In this document: one piece after another, positions 1 to 9,156 of the stretch | Layout: each line of letters opens with the position of its first letter | How positions within the stretch are numbered: the first letter of the stretch is position 1 | Assembly: GCF_000315625.1 (NCBI RefSeq) | Contig: NW_005434649.1 | Location: 1-64,000, forward strand | Length of the DNA: 64,000 nt | Direction: 5' to 3' | DNA from: Guillardia theta CCMP2712 | Lineage: Eukaryota; Protista; Cryptophyta | Made by a program: the position numbers and the translations under genes | Notes under the pieces: generated by a model | Databases searched by the model: none | Told to the model about the DNA's origin: nothing | The model's input: only the letters and a program-made list of their open reading frames with translations

Positions 1-20
1 CACCTGACGAGGAGCCATGC

Positions 21-96
21 TGCCGAAAATAACGGCGCCTGCCGAAAATAACGGCGCCTGCCGAAAATAACGGCGCCTGCCGAAAATAACGGCGCC
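21..96. repeat. 19-bp tandem repeat TGCCGAAAATAACGGCGCC x4, abutting telomeric repeats (5' end of a sister telomeric element)
   Basis: Four exact copies start at 21, 40, 59 and 78. They are preceded by GCCATG, as is the 2838 array, and followed directly by CTAAACCCTAAA. Confidence 0.95.
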
Positions 97-97
97 T

Positions 98-183
98 CTA
101 AACCCTAAACCCTAAACCCTAAACCCTAAACCCTAAACCCTAAACCCTAAACCCTAAACCCTAAACCCTAAACCCTAAACCCT
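98..183 (+). repeat. Telomeric repeat tract (CCCTAAA)n, ~12 units
   Basis: Eleven perfect CCCTAAA units at 103-179 plus partial units. The C-rich strand on + implies the chromosome end lies to the left. Confidence 0.97.
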
Positions 184-360
184 ATTATTATTATTATGTG
201 AGTTTATTAGAATGCTAGAATGTTGCTCGGCCTCGTTGTGGGCTTATGCAATTTGATCCTAGTCTAAAGAGGCGCTCGAGCACTGGGAGTACACGGCCTA
301 CAATGCGAACCCTGCTTCTGAGGCGTCTTTCTACTCTCTACTTCTGCTGTCTTCTCTTGG

Positions 361-573
361 CTTCCTCAGCCTCAGTCAGGAGAGTTGCCTCTCCTCACCT
401 TGGCCTTCGGTCGCCACCTACTCTACCTCCATTCAGCTTCCTCAGCCTCAGTCAGAAGAGTTGCCTCTCCTCACCTTGGCCTTCGGTCGCCCCCTACTCC
501 TCCTCCATTCAGCTTCCTCAGCCTCAGTCAGGAGAGTTGCCTCTCCTCACCTTGGCCTTCGGTCGCCTCCTAC
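361..573. repeat. 76-bp tandem repeat (~2.8 copies) in the element 3' region
   Basis: CTTCCTCAGCCTCAGTCA(G/A)GAGAGTTGCCTCTCC-type units start at 361, 437 and 513. Confidence 0.92.
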
Positions 574-598
574 CTTCTCTCCTTACCTTGAGCTCAGC

Positions 599-2773
599 TT
601 AAGCTCGGTACGGGCTCGCCCCGTCTTCTTCCTCGCCCTCGCCTTGCTCTTCCTCCATGTCTTCCTCTTCTTCGTCATCTTCCCTCATCTCCACTCGCAG
701 TCGGTCCTTCTTGTCCACCTTCAGCGAGCAGGCCAGCACATGCATCTCTGCGAATTTACTCAGTGCTATGAACAGGAAGCTAAGAGATCGACGCTCTATG
801 TCGTCGCTCTCCGCCTCCTGCTCAAGCTCAGCAGCTGCCGTTGCCCGTGGCGAGAACGCGCTGCCCCTCCTTGCCTTCTTGCTCTCTCCTTGCACGCGAG
901 TCCAGCGCTTGCTCTGCAGCCACTTCCCCAGCTTCTCCTTGAGAACGTTGCGCCCAACTCCCTGCTCCTCTGGCATCTTCGCCCACTCTCCCAGCGACAT
1001 GAACTCCAGGCTCCCCGGAGAGTAGAACGTGTCGTGGAGGTTGCCAACGGCCTTGTCCAGGACCAGCTTGATCGGCTCGCTCGTCCCCGCCTCGTTCAAA
1101 GAAGCTGCATCTTCGATGACTGCTGACAGCTCGCTGACGAGCTGTATGTCCTCTTGGCTTGACGGAGATGCTGCCTCCATTGTGATCCTCTCCAGGTCTG
1201 TAAACTCCAGCCACTCTCCCTCGCTCTCCTCCTGTCGCTGCGCTGCGTCGCTGGTGCCCCGCTGACCAGCCGCCTCAGAGTCAGGCTCCTTGTCGAAGCC
1301 GACTGCTTCGAGCTTGGTGGCTGCGCCTTCGAGATAGAAGGGCAGCTCCTTCATCATGCGTCGAGCATCCTCCGTGGAGCCGAGGAGGATGCATAGCTTG
1401 GACCCGTTCCAGGACTTGGTGTTCAAATCCTCCTCCATGTCGATGCCTTCAACGTTGATCTCGAGCCTGTTAGCGATCTCCAACAAGACTCTCTTGACTC
1501 TTGCGATAGACGTGTTGCCGCCGTTGCACAGCCCCTCCATCTCCTTCCTCGTGAAGCGACCAGATGCCGCCGTCGACTTGATGATGATCTTGATCTCCTT
1601 GCCGTCCTTGCCGCCTGCCTTCTTCTGCATCCTTGATGCCTTCTTCAACTTATTTCTGGATACAAAGCGATCAGCTGTCAACTCGACTGCGAGCGCCTCT
1701 CTGATCTTCGGGTCCTCGCTGAACAGAGTCAGGTGTACTCCCTCCATCGCTTCGCTCTCTCGGAAAGCTCGAAATGCTGTATCATTCGCCTCTGGGCAGC
1801 TCGAGGAGACGATCCACTCCACCTCCCTCTGTCTCCAGATGACGTTGGCCCCTACAGCGATGAAGCCTTTCTGACCTAAGCCTTTGTGGACTTGCTGTCC
1901 TGGCGCCCCAGCGACCAGCATGCCTGCCAGCGGCTGGAGTTGGACCGCTGCAAGGGACTGGCGCAGCAGCTGATAGCGATAGACGGCAGCTATCTCAGCC
2001 GTTGTCATGCCGCCCAAGGTTAGCAGGTGAGTCAGCTCTGCCAAGCTGCCCCCTTTGCCCCAGGGTCCTCTCTTGGCTCGAATCTTGAAAGATCGATCGT
2101 GCACGATGCTCACATGTACAGCTGTGAACTTGCGACCATCGATCGCGAAGTCCTCTCTTCCCTGCCAGAGCTTCTCCGCTTGTGCATTGCGGAGGAAGGA
2201 AACAGTCACCGGGATCTCCTCAGCACTCGCTATCTCGGGTCTATACGGAGCCTTCCACATGATTGCTTTACTCTCTTGCACTGAGTCTACGATCAGTCCG
2301 ATCTCTTCAAATTTCTTCTTCAGCTTTTCTTCATGGTTGACATACACCGAGGAGATGCCCAGGAGAGTCATGGAGATGAAGGAAGTCACCTCGTTGCCTG
2401 CTGAGGCGGTGTATGTCTCGACCTTCTCCTTCTTGGCTTCTTCAATCTGCTGCATAAACCACTCTCTGGATGCGTCACTCCATCCAGCCATCGCTTCTTG
2501 TAGAAGCTCACGTCGTGCCTGCTGACATGTCGAGCGGATGGCTTCTGCGATAGCGTCGGGGGTGCATCCCTCCACAGCCTTGCAAGCCTGGGCTGTCCTG
2601 CTGTTCGGATAACGCTTCGCGAAGCTCTTCACCCTCTCGACGAGATCAGCTTCGAGGACAGAGGCATCCACAAGTCCGCTCTGCGTGTATTGGCATGATC
2701 TCCGATACAGCAGGTTGCGAACATTTTCATCATACTGAAGAACCATACTTAGAAAGCTATTTGAAGTATACAA
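599..2773 (-). CDS. ~715-724 aa intronless protein, possible retroelement ORF1/Gag-like nucleic-acid-binding protein (RRM-like segments, acidic C-terminus)
   Basis: Uninterrupted 2.2-kb ORF; first in-frame ATG is at 2746 (MVLQYD). VTVSFLRNAQAEKLWQGREDFAIDGRKFTAV and LCILLGSTEDARRMMKELPFYLEG resemble the RRM beta3-alpha2-beta4 pattern. A relic copy keeps MVLQYD..VRNLLYRRSCQYT with synonymous codon changes. No YxDD RT motif seen. Confidence 0.7.
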   Translation of the reverse strand: MYTSNSFLSMVLQYDENVRNLLYRRSCQYTQSGLVDASVLEADLVERVKSFAKRYPNSRTAQACKAVEGCTPDAIAEAIRSTCQQARRELLQEAMAGWSDASREWFMQQIEEAKKEKVETYTASAGNEVTSFISMTLLGISSVYVNHEEKLKKKFEEIGLIVDSVQESKAIMWKAPYRPEIASAEEIPVTVSFLRNAQAEKLWQGREDFAIDGRKFTAVHVSIVHDRSFKIRAKRGPWGKGGSLAELTHLLTLGGMTTAEIAAVYRYQLLRQSLAAVQLQPLAGMLVAGAPGQQVHKGLGQKGFIAVGANVIWRQREVEWIVSSSCPEANDTAFRAFRESEAMEGVHLTLFSEDPKIREALAVELTADRFVSRNKLKKASRMQKKAGGKDGKEIKIIIKSTAASGRFTRKEMEGLCNGGNTSIARVKRVLLEIANRLEINVEGIDMEEDLNTKSWNGSKLCILLGSTEDARRMMKELPFYLEGAATKLEAVGFDKEPDSEAAGQRGTSDAAQRQEESEGEWLEFTDLERITMEAASPSSQEDIQLVSELSAVIEDAASLNEAGTSEPIKLVLDKAVGNLHDTFYSPGSLEFMSLGEWAKMPEEQGVGRNVLKEKLGKWLQSKRWTRVQGESKKARRGSAFSPRATAAAELEQEAESDDIERRSLSFLFIALSKFAEMHVLACSLKVDKKDRLRVEMREDDEEEEDMEEEQGEGEEEDGASPYRA

Positions 2774-2837
2774 ACCTCTCGCTTGCAGCTTCCTTGGCGC
2801 CCTGGCAGCTTCCCCTACACCACGCGTGCAGCCATGG

Positions 2838-3393
2838 TGCCTGGAATAACCGGCGCTGCCTGGAATAACCGGCGCTGCCTGGAATAACCGGCGCTGCCTG
2901 GAATAACCGGCGCTGCCTGGAATAACCGGCGCTGCCTGGAATAACCGGCGCTGCCTGGAATAACCGGCGCTGCCTGGAATAACCGGCGCTGCCTGGAATA
3001 ACCGGCGCTGCCTGGAATAACCGGCGCTGCCTGGAATAACCGGCGCTGCCTGGAATAACCGGCGCTGCCTGGAATAACCGGCGCTGCCTGGAATAACCGG
3101 CGCTGCCTGGAATAACCGGCGCTGCCTGGAATAACCGGCGCTGCCTGGAATAACCGGCGCTGCCTGGAATAACCGGCGCTGCCTGGAATAACCGGCGCTG
3201 CCTGGAATAACCGGCGCTGCCTGGAATAACCGGCGCTGCCTGGAATAACCGGCGCTGCCTGGAATAACCGGCGCTGCCTGGAATAACCGGCGCTGCCTGG
3301 AATAACCGGCGCTGCCTGGAATAACCGGCGCTGCCTGGAATAACCGGCGCTGCCTGGAATAACCGGCGCTGCCTGGAATAACCGGCGCTGCCT
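2838..3393. repeat. Perfect 19-bp satellite TGCCTGGAATAACCGGCGC x29 plus partial TGCCT
   Basis: Exact 19-bp periodicity from 2838 to 3388. The final TGCCT runs straight into AAACCCTAAA. Confidence 0.97.
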
Positions 3394-3545
3394 AAACCCT
3401 AAACCCTAAACCCCAACCCTAAACCCCTAAACCCTAAACCCTAAACCCTAAACCCTAAACCCTAAACCCTAAACCCTAAACCCTAACCCTAAACCCTAAA
3501 CCCTAAACCCTAAACCCTAAACCCTAAACCCTAAACCCTAAACCT
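3391..3545 (+). repeat. Internal telomeric tract (CCCTAAA)n, ~22 units with variants
   Basis: CCCTAAA units with CCCCAA, CCCCTAAA and CCCTAA variants, as expected of older proximal telomere repeats. Confidence 0.96.
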
Positions 3546-3700
3546 TTTGGCTGGCCTAACATAGGTGTCACGATTCCCAACCAATTTGAATCAGCTCCCA
3601 GCCGTGTGACCCACCCCAGACCCCAACTGCCATTTGGTCTGCCTGTAGTGTCGGACTAATGGGCCGCCGGTGCCTGTACTAACGGGCCCGGCCGGGCCCC

Positions 3701-4057
3701 TCAGCTCTGCAAGCATGAGCTTTCCTACTACCAGGATACGCCTGCCGGCGCTTGGTGAAGCTCTTCACCCTCTCGACGAGGTCGGCGGCCTCCTCGACGT
3801 GGCCGGTGGCCCGGGCGCCTCCAGAGCGCTCGCCCTGCGCCGGTGTATTGGCATGATCTCCGATACAGCAGGTTGCGAACGCTCTGATCATACTGTAGTA
3901 CCATACTTCAAGGCTTAGAAGCTGTTTGAACTATACCAAGAACTTGCTCGCAGCTTCCGAGGCTCCGGTCCCCTTGTGCTCCCCCTACGCGCCGCGGATG
4001 TGCATGCCTCGGGAACTTCCGGGGCCTGTGCATGCCTCGGGAAGGGGCCCTAAACCC
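3701..4057 (-). pseudogene. Decayed 5' fragment of the telomeric element (relic 1)
   Basis: Shares GAAGCTCTTCACCCTCTCGACGAG and GTGTATTGGCATGATCTCCGATACAGCAGGTTGCGAAC with ~2620-2722 and encodes ADLVERVKSF. Followed by two TGCATGCCTCGGGAA units and one CCCTAAACCC at 4048-4057. Confidence 0.85.
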
Positions 4058-4276
4058 AGCATGACCGTACCGTACGGATCAGTCAAGCCAAGTTCACTGA
4101 GCCCGCCTTTAAGAACTCCTGAACAGAACATCGTCCCAGCGTCGTTACACCCGTTACAGCTTCGGATTTGACTTTCCACAAAGGGAAGACTGACTTCATA
4201 CTGATTTTTAACTTAACTTTGAGTAAAGACTTCAACATCGGCTCTCGCCCGATCTTCCGGCGGCCCTTCTCCTCCT

Positions 4277-4625
4277 TTCTGCAATAGCATCGGGAGTGCA
4301 TCCCCCCCGGTCAGCTCTGCAAGCATGAGCTGTCCTTCTGTTAGGGTAACGCTTTGTGAAGCTCTTCACCCTCTCGACGAGGTCGGCGGCCGCGCGGCTC
4401 TTCGACGTGGCCTCCAGAGCGCTCGCCCTGCGTGTATTGGCATGATCGCCGATACAGCAGGTTCAACGGCGAACTCAGGCTCATCATACTATAGTACCAT
4501 ACTTAAAAAGCTGTTTGAACTATACCAAGCACTTGCTCGCAGCTTCCTCCGGTCCCCTTGTGCTCTCCCTGTGCGCCGCAGAGCAGCATGCCTCTACTAA
4601 CGGGCCGGTGCCTCTACTAACGGGG
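4277..4625 (-). pseudogene. Decayed 5' fragment of the telomeric element (relic 2)
   Basis: Alignable to ~2543-2835 with indels. Ends in two TGCCTCTACTAACGGG satellite-like units. Confidence 0.85.
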
Positions 4626-5298
4626 TACCGCTGGGCTGGGCGGTAGCCGCCAGGTCGGAGGGGTCAAGCCGGTCGAGCCGCTGAGGAAGCGGTGGACGTT
4701 GCGCTCGCTCCTCAGTCACGAGCTCGTCGAACGCGAGGTTGATGTCCGGCGCCCCCCCTGAGCACCGCCTGCAGGCCCTTCCGCATCTCCACCGACAATG
4801 GGAGCCATCGGGCACGATGTTGGTCTCCCCATCCGGCATCACCATCGAATTGAGCATCGCGATGAGCGGGTCCACCACCCCCTCGACCTCCCCGTCCTCA
4901 AACTCGACCGCCGGCACGTCCCGCTCCCCCGTCCCCCTGACCTCCGGACGGATGCAGGACCGGAGGCCCTTCAGTGAGTAGGGGCGGAAGGCGCAGCGGA
5001 GCCCGTCGATGGTGAGGTTGTGCTGCAACGTGTGGCGGTTGGCAGTGACGGGGAGGTGGACGACGGCCATGCGGAGACGAGGCTGACACGTTCCGCCTCC
5101 CCATCCGCTACCCGTCGAACACCGCCTCCGTGCGCTCAGAGCTCATCCTGAGCATGCAACTGATGGGGGGGAGGGGTGCTCCCTACCCCGTCCACGACTC
5201 CCCCGCCCCCGCCGCCACGCCCGAGTCCCGCCTCTTCCGCGAGCTCGTGCGGAGGCCAGCCTGCGCCCCGAGGCGAAGGATCCCAGCCTCTTGGATTC

Positions 5299-5368
5299 GA
5301 GTGGTATGAAGGCTAGACATGAGAGTGGTATGAAGGCTAGACATGAGAGTGGTATGAAGGCTAGACAT
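5299..5368. repeat. 24-bp minisatellite GAGTGGTATGAAGGCTAGACATGA x~3
   Basis: Units start at 5299, 5323 and 5347. Confidence 0.85.
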
Positions 5369-5526
5369 TGCTTTGAGAATACGAAGACTAGGCATTGCTT
5401 TGAGGATATGAAAAGAGATATGAAAACAAAGAACAAGGCCAACCCAGCAGGAAAGTAGATTGTGAAAGAGAGGAAGGACGGCGGGAGATTTTTTCTTGAC
5501 TTCCTTTCATTTGTTCTGAATTCATT

Positions 5527-7927
5527 TCACTTAACAAGGTGGAAAATCGCATCCATATAGCACATTGAGCACCTGAGACCATCCAGGTAGTGGGCAAGCA
5601 TGAGACGCGAGGAGCTGGAGGAAGGAAGAGGAGAGAAGAAGTAGAGCGGAGCCTTTGTCTGCTGCTTTATCCTGCTCGCAGCGGGAACCCCGGACCTGCT
5701 GTATGCCAGCAGGGGAGCTTTTCCAAAAGTCCGGAGAAGGGACATGTGCATGGCCTTCACATTGATAGAATCTTGTCTTGACTCGACGGCAGGAAGCAGT
5801 TGCTTTGCGCCATGAACCCTGACATTCTCCTCTTCCTCCAGCTTTGCTCGCAGACTTCCAAGCACTCCGTCAGCGTCCCAACCAGCAGGAAGCGTGGCCG
5901 TGATCCGAGCATGCGCATGCGTCGCCGTCTGCGGAGGCACCCCGAAGCTGGCCATGCCATGTTGAAAGTGATGCTGCCATAACAAACTTGACTCCTCCTC
6001 CTCCTGGCGGGAGGTCGCATAACCGAGTGGCAGCCGTAAACTCCCTCGTCCCTTCTCTTCCTTGCAGCCGCCAACAACCACCTTCTCCGTCACAAAGTCA
6101 CAGCTGAACCATGCTGCCGTCAACCTCCTGCGGACTTGCTCTTCGCTGAGCTCCTCCCATTCTACCTCTCCTTTCTGCCTGTCCCCTCCTTCATCCTTGC
6201 AGGACTGACAAGCGTGTCGCTTCAAGCACATCATCATGACCTTGACGTTTTCAGCCGACAGCCTGGCAGCCGCAATCGCCTCCCTCTCCCCCTGTAATGA
6301 CTTCAACAACTGCCCGTCCCGCTCCAGCACTGACAGGAGGAGGACTGGCAAGCGCGCAATGGGCTCATCGACAATGCCGGCAGCGATGCTAGTCGGCAAG
6401 TACACCTCCCCTCCTCTTGTTGCATCCTTGCCACGAGACGACATCTCCACATCAGCCGCAAAACTTCCTCCTGCTCCCAGCCAAACAGTCGGTTGATCAT
6501 CGAACAACCATGGAAGCGCGGAGAACATGGTGATGAAGGAAGGAGAGTCGCTGATGAGCACTTGACCCTCATCTCCTCCATCTCCATGCTTCTTCTTCCT
6601 CTGCCTGTTTCCTCCCCTCGTTCGGAGCTGGGAAAGTGCTTCATGATGCGGTTGGCCGTCTTCACACCAGAGCTTCAGCTGAGGATTTGCAAGCCAACTG
6701 CTTCCCGACGCAAACTCGCCATCTACGATTGCTTGCACAGATATCGGTAAGCACGTACAAGTTCGCTTGTACAGCTCAATTGCGTGCAGGAAAAGACAGG
6801 TTGAGATTAACCCGTCCGATACGCCTTGCAACATAACAAATTCTTCACTCTCCGTCGAAGATCTGGCAGAAGATTCCTGCTGATCGTCCTCAACTTGCTC
6901 GACTTTCTCCTTCCTCAGTTCCCCCTCATCCGCTGTTTCCTCGCCGATACAACAATCAACGTTCAGGTATGCCAGCATGCAGCGATCATTCGACCCCTGC
7001 CAGCGAAACATAACCCCACTGGTCCCTCCTCCCTGTTCTGAAGACGCAAAGCAAGGAAGTTAGAACGAAAGAAAGTAGCTGAAACTTTTTCAACCTGCTG
7101 GAATGCTCTTCACATCTCCTGCTCCCAGCTCAATGGCCCATTCTTGCAGGAACTTGAACAAGGATGCCATCCTCTTCTGTTTCCTTCTCTCCTTGGGGAG
7201 CTCTTGACATCCAGTCATAGCGTGTTTACATTGTTCAATTCGCTCCTGCACGGTTCTTGAGGTATCGCTACTAGCGAGCATGGAAAGGATATCCTGAGAA
7301 CAAGAGCCATCAAGGCATCGACCATCACCAAGGTCATAAATCGATCTGCATACCTCAAGTCTACTGCTGTTCTCCACCTTCACCTTCCCTGCTCACACAA
7401 TTACATCCCCGGGGATCCAGCGCATGTACATCACCATGAGCAGCATTGTCGACCTTCTTGGTCACATTTGAATGCCGTGGAGCCACTGGTTTCTGCAGGC
7501 CGGACCCCATATCACCACTTCTGGGTCCAAGTTCCTGAGCATGGCGGCCGTAAGTCGTTTCCGACACAGTAGCAAACTTGCCTTCCGTTGGATGTCAAGC
7601 TCTATACGCTCTCTGCTCCTCTTCACTTCCACCCTCACAGACGTCCCGACAGGTCCAGCAAGAAGTTTCGCCACCTGCTTCGAGGTCACTAAAGCGCCCA
7701 AGACATGACTGAGCATGCCTCCTCCACCGTTAGCCCTCCTACCGCCCTCCCGTTGACGCTTAGGATCGTATCACCCTCCTCTGCCCTGCATGGCATCGTC
7801 ATAGCAGCGCAGATGCATGCAGCAATCACCCTGCGGCATGGGCTGGGCTCCCATGCTTGACACCAGCGATGCACAACGATGCTCCTCCTTCCCCCGGCGC
7901 GAGCTGTACTCCAACACCTCCTGCCAT
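5527..7927 (-). CDS. Multi-exon protein with N-terminal PDZ domain
   Basis: Exons give GVGVQL..IAGVKHGSPAH / GDTILSVNGRAVGGLTVEE / VAKLLAGPVGTSVRVEVKR, a typical PDZ pattern. Long terminal exon 5527-7011 is uncharacterised. Confidence 0.65.
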
Positions 7928-8362
7928 GCCCGGCCTTCCAGCGGCCTTCCAAAAGGCGCGGGAAGGGGATGGGGGTCTGCCAAGAGGAGCATGGAGACGG
8001 GAACAAGGGAGACCGGAGTAGGTCAAGGGATCGCGGGCAGGGAGGGGAGGAGAAGACAGCCAGAAGGTGAAGCTGTCTTTACTTTAGTTTAGGATCGTTG
8101 TGATTTCTTTGACCACCTTCGATCAGTACATTGAAAATCATGTGGGTGTGGGACATTGTTCATAGAATGTTGCTCCTATAGATGACAGTATTGTTCAACA
8201 TGACAGAATGTGCGCGCATCATCACGTAAATTGTTATCAAGACATGTATGAAGATGTTGCATGCGAGTATAAACCGGGAGCTGCCGCTTTGTTTCCATGT
8301 TCGAACGGTCAGCTATGTCCAAATTTATTCAGACACAAAAAAATGAAATGTATAGCACCATA

Positions 8363-9022
8363 TCAACATGCTTCGAGCTCGGATTTTAGTGAAGATACTA
8401 TCTCCATACATGCGGCGTAATCACGCATCCTTGTACCGTCACCCAAGAACGAATGATCCAGAAAGTTATCGAGAAAATCGTCTCCATGGCGCATGTGAGC
8501 CCTGACTACCATCCTAAGGTAGTTAGGCACAGGAAGCAGATCATTCCTGTAAAGCTTTCCGTCGTAGAGCTTCCCCACTTGCTCGAAGTAATCATCATCA
8601 TCCCTTACGCGCTCTTTGCGATATTCTTCGTCGCTGTATGCCGTGCATATCACACCTACCCCTCGATCCCCATCATCCGAGACGTACTCTACCACCTCAT
8701 GCCGCAGTCGTGCCTCCCTCCGAGCAAAGGCCTCGTACTCCTCCTTATCAATGTCCATGAGAGAGACGCGGAGGAAGCTGTTCTCCCTGCGCATGGCTGT
8801 ACAGGTCGCAAGCTCGCGGTTCTTAGCATACCCTCTGGCGATGTTTATGATGGAGACTAGGTTGAACACTCGGCAGAAGCCATCGACTGTTCCTCTGCGC
8901 ATGTTTGAACCTCTCATGGTCTGAGACGCCGACGACGGATCCATGAGCGAGCCAAACCCGATGATCGTCACCCTCCCTCCCTTCGCCGCCCCGTCCGGCG
9001 CTCGTAGCCATGACCCCATCCC
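8363..9022 (-). CDS. Gamma-glutamylcyclotransferase (ChaC/GGCT-like) protein
   Basis: N-terminal IIGFGSLM matches the GGCT-fold F/YGSL motif, followed by G.V.GF.R.F and a RE..L acidic motif. Confidence 0.6.
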   Translation of the reverse strand, partial: GMGSWLRAPDGAAKGGRVTIIGFGSLMDPSSASQTMRGSNMRRGTVDGFCRVFNLVSIINIARGYAKNRELATCTAMRRENSFLRVSLMDIDKEEYEAFARREARLRHEVVEYVSDDGDRGVGVICTAYSDEEYRKERVRDDDDYFEQVGKLYDGKLYRNDLLPVPNYLRMVVRAHMRHGDDFLDNFLDHSFLGDGTRMRDYAACMEIVSSLKSELEAC

Positions 9023-9156
9023 GTCCCTTACCCCTACCCCTATAAGATGGTTATGTACACTTTTCACCCCTCCTTTTATCAGCCGATCTATAGTCAGTAG
9101 TACCCGCTCTGCAATGACCTACCCAACTCAAAATCCCTTTCACGTCGGCGGGCGCC

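Larger units (their letters stand above)
184..3393 (-). mobile_element. Putative telomere-inserted, RT-less (ORF1-only) retroelement-like unit
   Basis: Flanked on both sides by telomeric repeats. (ATA)n tail at 184-197 joins AGGGTTT on the minus strand. Contains one long intronless ORF and a 5' satellite. Related 5' ends recur at 1-96, 3701-4057 and 4277-4625 in the same orientation. Confidence 0.7.

Noticed and set aside
4-40. Hammerhead ribozyme core (CTGACGA...GAAA) suggesting a Penelope/Athena element
   Set aside because: A weak stem II is possible, but no stem III or NUH site can be formed downstream and the motif is absent at the equivalent position (2821-2840) of the intact unit. Upstream sequence is outside the window.
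246-2525. Plus-strand ORFs overlapping the element
   Set aside because: They are antisense shadows of the long ORF or translations of the 76-bp repeat, with low-complexity composition.
2815-2835. ATG next to the satellite as start of the long ORF
   Set aside because: It is out of frame and gives only MAARVV-stop. The first in-frame ATG is at 2746.
2838-3393. CRISPR array
   Set aside because: Units are contiguous with no spacers, no cas genes are present, and the context is a eukaryotic telomere.
4596-4621. TACTAAC branch-point consensus in relic satellite units
   Set aside because: It corresponds to the AATAAC core of the satellite family and has no associated splice structure; probably coincidental.
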